In this document: positions 32,728-39,128 of the stretch, piece by piece | Numbering within the stretch: position 1 is the stretch's first letter | How the letters are laid out: every line of letters starts with the position of its first letter | Source of the DNA: a virus | Taxonomy: Duplodnaviria; Caudoviricetes | Length of the DNA stretch: 39,128 nt | Direction: 5' to 3' (one strand) | IMG/VR virus record: IMGVR_UViG_3300038393_001279 | Span: 1 to 39,128 of that record | Translations under genes and position numbers: made by a program | Notes under the pieces: model-generated | Databases searched by the model: none | The model's input: only the letters and a program-made list of their open reading frames with translations | What the model was told of the DNA's origin: nothing

Positions 32728-33902
32728 ACGCCCCGGCCCCCCTTCCGATTGTGCAGGCCCTCGCGCATGCATTCTTGCCGCCGAGCGGCGCGCACGCGTG
32801 GGTAATCTGCGCCCTCTGGCCCACGATGAACCAGCTTTATCCGGAGCTCCAGGAGGGCACCGAAGCGGCCGAGGGCACGGCGGCGCATTGGGTCGTGGAG
32901 GAGCTGCTCTACCGGCGCCCCGTGGCCGTCGACCAGGTGGCCGGAAACGGCGTCCCGGTTACGCTGCAAATGCTCGAGGGCGCCGACATCTACGTCGAGG
33001 AGGTGGGCCGAGCGTATGCCAGCCTGGCCAGCGTGTCGCACTACAAGGTAGAGCAGCGCGTCGCCATTCCGGCGGTGCACCCGAATAATTGGGGCACGCC
33101 GGATTGCTGGATCTTCGGGCACAACCCGACCACGGGGCGCGCGCGCCTCATCATCGTGGACTATAAATTCGGCCACGGTTTCGTGGAGGTGTTCGAGAAT
33201 TGGCAACTCGTGGACTACGCCTCCGGCATCCTGGACGAGCTCGGCATCGACGGCGCCGGGGACCAGCACGTCGACGTGGAGTTTGTGGTCGTCCAGCCGC
33301 GCAGCTACCACCGCGACGGCCCGGTCCGACGCTGGACGACGCGTGCGTCCGAGCTGCGCCCCCTGGTCAACAAGCTGGCCAGCGCCGCGGAGGCCGCGCA
33401 CATGCCGAACCCGACGGCGCGCCCGGATCCGGTGGCATGCAAGCATTGTCCCGGCCGCCACGCGTGCCAGGCGCTCCAGCGCGAGGCGTATCACGCCGCC
33501 GACGTCGCGGGAATGTCCACGCCGCTGGAGCTCCCCATCGACGCCATGGGCCTGGAGCTGCGCATGCTGGAACGCGCGCAAAAGCTCCTCGAGGCGCGCG
33601 CCTCGGGCCTGGCCGAGCAGCTCGAGCACGCGCTCGCCAATGGCCAGACCACGCCGTATTACGCCCTGGCGCCCGGGGAGTCCAAACTCGTGTGGAGCAA
33701 ACCGGCCGGCGAGGTGCTGGCGCTGGGGCAGCTGCTCGGCGTCGACCTGGCGCGGCCACGTGAGCCCGTGACGCCCACGCAGGCCAAAAAGCTGGTGGAC
33801 CCGTCGCTCGTCGCGGCTTACTCGGAACGCACGCGCGCCGCGCTCAAGCTCACGCCGGTGGACACGACGCAGGCCCGTAAAGTGTTCGCCAAAAACAATT
33901 GA
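32724..33902 (+). CDS. DUF2800 (Cas4-like/PD-(D/E)xK) exonuclease
   Basis: HA.L.PS.A..W..C, A.EGT.AH, VEQRV, WGTPD, IVDYKFG, NWQL..YA and C..CP....C motifs. Start ATG 32724. Confidence 0.9.
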   Translation: MNAPAPLPIVQALAHAFLPPSGAHAWVICALWPTMNQLYPELQEGTEAAEGTAAHWVVEELLYRRPVAVDQVAGNGVPVTLQMLEGADIYVEEVGRAYASLASVSHYKVEQRVAIPAVHPNNWGTPDCWIFGHNPTTGRARLIIVDYKFGHGFVEVFENWQLVDYASGILDELGIDGAGDQHVDVEFVVVQPRSYHRDGPVRRWTTRASELRPLVNKLASAAEAAHMPNPTARPDPVACKHCPGRHACQALQREAYHAADVAGMSTPLELPIDAMGLELRMLERAQKLLEARASGLAEQLEHALANGQTTPYYALAPGESKLVWSKPAGEVLALGQLLGVDLARPREPVTPTQAKKLVDPSLVAAYSERTRAALKLTPVDTTQARKVFAKNN

Positions 33903-33954
33903 CGAGGCCGTCAGAATTGACTAACATCAACGTGTAGTAATTAAGTAACTTAAT
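33898..33954 (+). promoter_or_regulatory. Sigma70-like promoter carrying both operator types
   Basis: TTGACG(33899)-N17-TAACAT with TGACG-N4-CGTCA, and TTAAGTAACTTAA at 33941-33953 just before the RBS. Confidence 0.8.
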
Positions 33955-33970
33955 CCCAAGAGGAACGATA

Positions 33971-35146
33971 ATGGCAGATCAGGAGTATCAATTCACCACG
34001 CCCGTGGGCCGCATGATTGGCGGCAGCATTTACCAGGGCAAAACCACGGACAGCAAGGGCGCCCCGCTCTTTTTCAAGAATGGCCCCCGCAAGGGCCAGC
34101 CGCGCACGGACTTTTCGTTCGGCGTGGCGTTCCCGAAAACGCCCGGCGTCACGCATTGGGCCAGCGAGCCGTGGCTCCAGGCGGTATGGAACCTCGGGCA
34201 CGCGGCGTTCCCGCAGGGCCAGGCCCAGCGCCGTGACTTTTCGTGGAAGATCATCGACGGCGATAGCACGGAGCCGAACAGCGTCATGAAACGCCCGTGC
34301 GACCAGGAGGGCTATCCGGGGCATTGGGTTATCTGGTACAGCAGCACGTCGGCGCCCAAGGTCGTGAACCGTGACGGCTCGCAAGTCATTACCGACCCGG
34401 ACGCCGTGAAACCGGGCTACTACGTGCAGGTGTTTTGCACCGTCACGGACAACAAGCCGAGCGAAACGGCCGGCCTGTACTGGAACCCGCACTATGTCGC
34501 GCTGTCGGCCTACGGTCCGGAAATTACGTTCGCGCCGAACGTCGCCGCCGCGGGTTTCGGCCAGGGCGTCCAGCTCCCGCCGGGCGCGTCGGTCACGCCG
34601 CCGGCTGGTATCGCGCCGCCGGGTGCCGGTACGCCTCCGCCGCCTCCTGGTGCCGCTCCCGCACCGGCCCACGCTGCGCCGCCGCCCCCGCCGCCAGCCG
34701 CACCGGCTCCGGCCGGCCTGGTCCAGGTGCCGGGCGCGCCGCACACTATCGAACAGTGCCGCGCCGGTGGCTGGACGGATGAACAGATGATTTCCGGCGG
34801 GATCGCCACGCGCGCAGCTGCTCCGGCGCCCACGCCCGCCGCTCCGCCTCCGCCGCCCCCGCCGCCGGCCGCTCCAGGTGCCGCCCCTTTGCCGGCTGGT
34901 TCTGTGCCGCCGCCACCCGGCGGTGCGCAGACTGCGCCTGCTCCCGTGACGGCTAACCCGGCGTTCACGCAGATGGCCGCCGTTACGCCGCCCCCGCCGC
35001 CGCCCCCGCCAGCTGCTCCGCCGCCCGCCGCCGCGGTGCGCCAGCCGTCGGCCGCCATGGCCGCACAGGGCCACACGCGCGATTCGCTGCTCGCCATGCC
35101 CGGCTGGACGGAGGACATGCTCGTCCAGCATGGCCACCTGGTCTAA
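33971..35146 (+). CDS. DUF2815-like ssDNA-binding protein with a long Pro-rich tail and two GWT modules
   Basis: T7 gp2.5-like pattern (TPVGR...F.WKI.DGD...EGY.G.W...G.YV...GLY.N...V), located between the DUF2800 gene and polA. Confidence 0.8.
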   Translation: MADQEYQFTTPVGRMIGGSIYQGKTTDSKGAPLFFKNGPRKGQPRTDFSFGVAFPKTPGVTHWASEPWLQAVWNLGHAAFPQGQAQRRDFSWKIIDGDSTEPNSVMKRPCDQEGYPGHWVIWYSSTSAPKVVNRDGSQVITDPDAVKPGYYVQVFCTVTDNKPSETAGLYWNPHYVALSAYGPEITFAPNVAAAGFGQGVQLPPGASVTPPAGIAPPGAGTPPPPPGAAPAPAHAAPPPPPPAAPAPAGLVQVPGAPHTIEQCRAGGWTDEQMISGGIATRAAAPAPTPAAPPPPPPPPAAPGAAPLPAGSVPPPPGGAQTAPAPVTANPAFTQMAAVTPPPPPPPPAAPPPAAAVRQPSAAMAAQGHTRDSLLAMPGWTEDMLVQHGHLV

Positions 35147-35171
35147 ACGGTATAAATAGTTTCTCCTGTTT

Positions 35172-35200
35172 CGCTCGCCCTCCGGGGCGGGCGTTTTTTT
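35172..35200 (+). terminator. Rho-independent terminator
   Basis: CGCTCGCCC-TCCG-GGGCGGGCG followed by T7. Confidence 0.85.
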
Positions 35201-35212
35201 GATAGGTGCACC

Positions 35213-35407
35213 ATGTTTAATTTTGTCCCCCTCGGCATCGTGGCCATGCAGGCGCAGCAGCGCGCCGCCCAGGAGGCCGCCGACCACGCCGCCGACGCGT
35301 TTTGCTACATGGCGGCCCACTGGCGCCGCGTCGACCCGAACACCATTGACGTGGAGGCGCGCGAGGTGCCGGAGCCGCGTTTGATTGGCCACGCGGGCGC
35401 CCGATGA
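35213..35407 (+). CDS. Hypothetical protein
   Basis: 64 aa with an AGGT RBS; ATGA overlap with polA. Confidence 0.5.
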   Translation: MFNFVPLGIVAMQAQQRAAQEAADHAADAFCYMAAHWRRVDPNTIDVEAREVPEPRLIGHAGAR

Positions 35408-38001
35408 ACGCCCCGGCTCCGCTCCCCCCGCCAGGCCCGGACCTGGCCGCCGATATTGCCGCCCTGTTCTGGCCGCGGGATCCCGCGCCGATTCCGCCGC
35501 CCCTTTTCCCGCCCGAGGCGCTCCCGCGCGCCGAGTATCTGGCCACGCTGCGCGCGCAGGCCGCCCCGCCCGTCCTCCCGCCGCCATTGCCGCCGCCGGT
35601 GCCCGTGTGGGAGCTCCCGGCCGGTACGCAGCTGCGCGCCGCGCTCGGCACCACCACCGTGTTGCCCGACCTGGATTTCGAGGCGTATTCGGAGGCGGGC
35701 TACGTGTGGGACGGCGGCCGCATGAAATGGGGGTGCCTGCGTGGCACCGATAAAAAGGGCCTCGGCGTGGTCGGCGCCCAGGTCTACGCGGAGCACCCGT
35801 CCACGGAGGTGCTGTCCCTGTATTACGACTTGAAGGACGGGCGCGGGCGCCGCCGGTGGTTGCCGTCGGATCCGTTGCCGCCGGTCGACCTGCTCGAGCA
35901 CGTGGCGCGCGGCGGCACGCTCGAGGCGTGGAACTCCGGCTTTGAATACCGAATCTGGAACATCGTTTGCCGGCGCCGCTACGGCTGGCCGCCGCTCCCG
36001 CTCGAGCAGCTGCGATGCGCGATGGCGAAATCGCGCGCGTTCTCGTTGCCGGGCAAGCTCGAGAAAGCCGGCCAGGTGCTCGCGCTATCGCTGCAAAAGG
36101 ACAAGGACGGCGAACGCCTGCTCAAAAAATTTAGCATGCCGCGCGACCCGACGGCAAAGGACGCGCGCCGCCGTATCCACCCGCTCGAGGATCCCGTCGA
36201 CGGCCCCAAGCTCTACGCCTACAACGAGCGCGACATCGTGGCCGAGGCCGAGGCGTCGGCGCGCGTGCCGGATCTGAACCCGGACGAGCTGGCGTACTGG
36301 CTCATGGACCAGGGCATCAACATGCGCGGCGTCCAGATGGACGTGGCCGGCATTGAAAACTGTATCGCTATCGTGGAGCAGGCGTTCGCCAAGTACGACG
36401 GCCAGCTCGCCGTGGTGACGGGCGGCGCGGTGCCGGCGGCCAGCGAAATGCCCAAGTTGAAAGCCTGGCTCGAGGCGCAGGGCGTCCGGCTCCCGCGCAC
36501 GGACAAGGGCGGCGCGTCGCTCACGGACGAGGTTATCGACAACCTCCTCGCCGGTGATGTAATCCGGCCCGGGGCGCTCCCGCCGGCCGCGCGTGAGGCG
36601 CTCAAACTCCGGCAAAAGGTCGGCTCCGCCAGCATCAAAAAACTGTTCAGCATGGCGCGCATGGTGTCGGCGGCGGGCCGGTTGCACGATCTTTTCAATT
36701 ACTACGGAGCGCGCACCGGCCGCGCCACCGGCCAGGACTCCCAGCCCACGAATCTACCGAAAGCGGGCCCGGACGTGTTCCGGTGTTTCCAGCTCACGGC
36801 GAAAGCGGGCGGCCACACGCTGCGCGACCTGCGCGGCGCGGGGTGGACGGAGGCGCAGCTCCTCGAGCACGGCTACGCGACCGGGTGCCGGAAACACTAC
36901 GGCGCGCACGCGGCCACGTGCCCCTGGTGCGGCCACGCGAGCCCGGACAAGTCCGAGGCGGAGGAATGGTCTTGGCGCGCGGCCGTCGACGCCCTCGAGG
37001 TGATCGCCACGCGGGCGTTGGCCTACGTCGAGCACTATTTCGGAGACGCGATTTTCACCATTACGGGATGCCTGCGCGGCATGTTCATTGCGGCGCCCGG
37101 CCATGACTTGATCTGTTCCGACTACTCGGCCATTGAGGCCGTGGTCCTGGCCATGCTGGCGGGCGTGGAGTGGCGCGTCGAGGTGTTCCGCACGCACGGA
37201 AAAATTTACGAGGCGTCGGGCGCCAAGGTGGCCGGCCTCACGGTCGAGGAGGTGCTCGCGCACAAAAAGAAAACCGGCACGCACCACCCTATCCGCGCCA
37301 AAGGCAAAGTGATGGAACTCGCGTGCGGCTATGGCGGGTGGATTGGCGCAATGGTCAATTTCGGCGCCGACAAGTACATGACGGAAGAGGAAATGAAAAC
37401 GGCCGTGCTCGAGTGGCGCGCGGCCTCGCCGGAGATTCCGGAATTTTGGGGCGGCCAGTGGCGCCGCGTGCCGGGCCAGGGCTGGCGGAAAGAGCTATTC
37501 GGCGTCGAGGGTGCGTTCGTGGGCGCCGTGCTGGCACCGGGCACGGAGACGGAATACCGGGGCCTCAAATTCCGCATGGAGGGCGACGCCGTGTTCCTGC
37601 GCCTGCTATCCGGGCGTTACCTCACGTACCATCGGCCACGCCTCCAGCTCGAGAACAAGTACGGCCGCGACCAGTTCGCCATTTCGTTTGAAGGGTGGAA
37701 CACGAACCCGAATAACGGCCCGATTGGCTGGATTCGCATTGACACGTACGGCGGGCGCCTCACGGAGAACATTGTCCAGGCCACGGCCCGGGATATTCAG
37801 TGGTACGGCATGCGCAACTTGACGGCCGCCGGCTATCCGATCGTGCTCCACGTCTACGACGAGGACGTCGCGGAGGTGCCCGAGGGTTTCGGCAGCGTTG
37901 AGGAGTTTGAACGCATTATGTCGACCATGCCCCCGTGGGCCGCCGACTGGCCAATCCGTGCCAATGGCGGGTGGCGCGGAAAGCGGTATCGTAAGGATTG
38001 A
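35404..38001 (+). CDS. polA: Family A DNA polymerase with 3'-5' exonuclease
   Basis: Exo motifs DLDFEAYS, AWNSGFE and YNERD. Polymerase motifs ARTGR...QPTNLP, A DYSAIE, B RAKGKVMELACGYGG, ENIVQATARD, C HVYDE. Confidence 0.95.
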   Translation: MNAPAPLPPPGPDLAADIAALFWPRDPAPIPPPLFPPEALPRAEYLATLRAQAAPPVLPPPLPPPVPVWELPAGTQLRAALGTTTVLPDLDFEAYSEAGYVWDGGRMKWGCLRGTDKKGLGVVGAQVYAEHPSTEVLSLYYDLKDGRGRRRWLPSDPLPPVDLLEHVARGGTLEAWNSGFEYRIWNIVCRRRYGWPPLPLEQLRCAMAKSRAFSLPGKLEKAGQVLALSLQKDKDGERLLKKFSMPRDPTAKDARRRIHPLEDPVDGPKLYAYNERDIVAEAEASARVPDLNPDELAYWLMDQGINMRGVQMDVAGIENCIAIVEQAFAKYDGQLAVVTGGAVPAASEMPKLKAWLEAQGVRLPRTDKGGASLTDEVIDNLLAGDVIRPGALPPAAREALKLRQKVGSASIKKLFSMARMVSAAGRLHDLFNYYGARTGRATGQDSQPTNLPKAGPDVFRCFQLTAKAGGHTLRDLRGAGWTEAQLLEHGYATGCRKHYGAHAATCPWCGHASPDKSEAEEWSWRAAVDALEVIATRALAYVEHYFGDAIFTITGCLRGMFIAAPGHDLICSDYSAIEAVVLAMLAGVEWRVEVFRTHGKIYEASGAKVAGLTVEEVLAHKKKTGTHHPIRAKGKVMELACGYGGWIGAMVNFGADKYMTEEEMKTAVLEWRAASPEIPEFWGGQWRRVPGQGWRKELFGVEGAFVGAVLAPGTETEYRGLKFRMEGDAVFLRLLSGRYLTYHRPRLQLENKYGRDQFAISFEGWNTNPNNGPIGWIRIDTYGGRLTENIVQATARDIQWYGMRNLTAAGYPIVLHVYDEDVAEVPEGFGSVEEFERIMSTMPPWAADWPIRANGGWRGKRYRKD

Positions 38002-38026
38002 CGGGCTTAAGTAACTTAACTATTAT
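37998..38026 (+). promoter_or_regulatory. Sigma70-like promoter with TTAAGT-A-ACTTAA operator in its spacer
   Basis: TTGACG-N17-TATTAT; operator at 38007-38019. The -35 overlaps the polA stop. Confidence 0.8.
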
Positions 38027-38052
38027 TGACGAGCAGCAAAGGAGAAAATACG

Positions 38053-38265
38053 ATGAGCGGGACGGTTTTATCGACGTCGGACCGGATCAAACGCGCGCGG
38101 CGCATGGAGCAGGCCGTCGCGGCGGCCACGCACCCGGACCCGGCCCAGCGCGTGACGGCCTACGCGGCCGCCAAGCGGTTCCACGTGTCGCAATCTGCTA
38201 TCAGCCAAAACCGCGCCTATCGGGCGTGGAAAGATCAACAGCCCCAGGAGGAGAAACAGCCGTGA
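38053..38265 (+). CDS. Small HTH protein; candidate repressor
   Basis: TAYAAAKRFHVSQSAISQ HTH and an AAGGAG RBS; first gene after an operator-bearing promoter. Confidence 0.7.
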   Translation: MSGTVLSTSDRIKRARRMEQAVAAATHPDPAQRVTAYAAAKRFHVSQSAISQNRAYRAWKDQQPQEEKQP

Positions 38266-38432
38266 GAATACAAAACCGATTCGCCCGCCCCGCCGCGTAC
38301 ATGCCGCCGGTGCGCTCGCCGTTCCAGGACCACGTGGCCGCGCAGCGCCGCATGGTGTGGGTGGAACGCCTCGGCCGCTTCGCCGTGGCCCTGGTCGTCG
38401 TTCTGGCCGTGCTGGGGCACCTCGGCGCATGA
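38262..38432 (+). CDS. Small membrane protein
   Basis: GTGA overlap and GGAG RBS; C-terminal FAVALVVVLAVLG helix. Confidence 0.5.
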   Translation: MRIQNRFARPAAYMPPVRSPFQDHVAAQRRMVWVERLGRFAVALVVVLAVLGHLGA

Positions 38433-38620
38433 ACAGGAACCCGACGCCCGCGCAGCTAGCGGCCGCTATCGCTGCGTACGACGAACGAGTCGGCCAGAAC
38501 CCGGCGCCGAATTTACGTGTTCGCCACGCCGCCATGCTGGCCGCGCTGCGTGCGGCGGCGGACCACTCGAGCAGCACCGGAGGAACCCATGAGCATATGC
38601 AGCGCCGCCCGGCAGGGTGA
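38429..38620 (+). CDS. Hypothetical protein
   Basis: ATGA-coupled; MNRNPTPAQLAAAIAAYD... Confidence 0.45.
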   Translation: MNRNPTPAQLAAAIAAYDERVGQNPAPNLRVRHAAMLAALRAAADHSSSTGGTHEHMQRRPAG

Positions 38621-38990
38621 TGAAATGGCGTGTGGCCGGTGCGGCCTGCGCTGGGGCGTGGCCGACGTCGACCCGCCGAAATGCCTACAGCACGAACGGC
38701 GCCAGCGTCCACGCGGGAACGGCTTGCCGCCCATGCCGGTGCGGCCGCTGGCCGAGACGGAGCGGCGGCAGGATCCGGAGCAAAGGGCGTGTTTCGAGCA
38801 GCTGGCCCGGAGCGTGGATTTCCGGGAGCTGCTCACGAAGTACATGCGGCACATGCGCGTGGAGGAGGGCAGCACGGGCGCCGCGTGGATCGGCGGCGAC
38901 GGCCGCGGCTATTTTTCGGACGTGCTGTTCTCGCCGGCCGAGGTGGCCGCGTTGAAACTGTGCTCCGAGGAGGCGGAGGACGGGATTTGA
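38589..38990 (+). CDS. Hypothetical protein with an N-terminal Cys cluster
   Basis: GGAGG RBS; C.A....DEM.C..CGL.W...D..PP.C. Confidence 0.6.
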   Translation: MSICSAARQGDEMACGRCGLRWGVADVDPPKCLQHERRQRPRGNGLPPMPVRPLAETERRQDPEQRACFEQLARSVDFRELLTKYMRHMRVEEGSTGAAWIGGDGRGYFSDVLFSPAEVAALKLCSEEAEDGI

Positions 38991-39001
38991 TACCGGCCCA
39001 T
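38909..39001 (-). CDS. Rz: Rz-like spanin, 3' part (continuation from position 1)
   Basis: In-frame continuation MGRYQIPSS...NSTSEK*, with TAG at 38911-38909. Confidence 0.7.
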   Translation of the reverse strand: MGRYQIPSSASSEHSFNAATSAGENSTSEK

Positions 39002-39128
39002 GCCGTTGCGGACCACGAACTCCTGGCACGCCCGACCCGTGGCGAGCGCCTCCTCGACGGCCACGTCTAGCGCTCGCGTATCTCTTTCGACGTCCTCACG
39101 TACCAGCCGGCCGGCGGAATCGGCGCCA
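39002..39128. repeat. Right copy of the 127-bp terminal direct repeat
   Basis: Identical to 1-127. Confidence 0.95.

Noticed and set aside
32724-33902. Cas4-like nuclease as evidence of a CRISPR-Cas system
   Set aside because: No repeat-spacer array or other cas genes. DUF2800-SSB-PolA is a standard phage replication module.
26891-33931. 34-bp inverted repeats as ends of an invertible segment or transposon
   Set aside because: No recombinase or transposase is present, and both copies are well explained as outward-facing promoters with operators.
34580-35040. CCG-rich repeats as a tandem array or DGR template/variable repeat
   Set aside because: Explained by polyproline codons; no reverse transcriptase is encoded.
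36784-36933. Polymerase insertion as an intein or intron
   Set aside because: Far too short, no C-terminal His-Asn splice motif, and the reading frame is uninterrupted.

Overview
The window is an apparently complete, high-GC tailed-phage genome of 39,001 bp. Bases 39002-39128 repeat bases 1-127, which looks like an assembler circularisation overlap. The gene content points to a podovirus of a Gram-negative host; Betaproteobacteria is a guess. Late arm (minus strand, ~18.8 kb to 0): terminases, portal, scaffold, N4-gp56-type major capsid, P22-like head/tail and ejection proteins, a beta-helix tailspike, holin, GH73 endolysin and Rz/Rz1 spanins. Replication genes diverge from ~30.7 kb: SF2 helicase, VRR-NUC, TetR-like HTH and NrS-1-type primase-helicase run leftward; a DUF2800 nuclease, DUF2815-like SSB and family A DNA polymerase run rightward. 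I saw no integrase, tRNA or CRISPR array. Main observations: (1) a counter-defence locus with a three-domain protein in which an unassigned domain lies between an Acb4-like (Gp49/Sf6-66) and a Sequestin-like (crAss001_48) nucleotide-sponge domain, followed by a small Acb2/Tad1-like hairpin protein; (2) a minimal TGT/DpdA-like plus QueF-L-like cassette with no preQ0 biosynthesis genes; (3) a ~30-aa 'GWT' module present twice in the SSB tail and once inside the polymerase zinc ribbon; (4) two families of palindromic operators in sigma70-like promoters. All family assignments come from motif recognition by eye and from memory, not from database searches.
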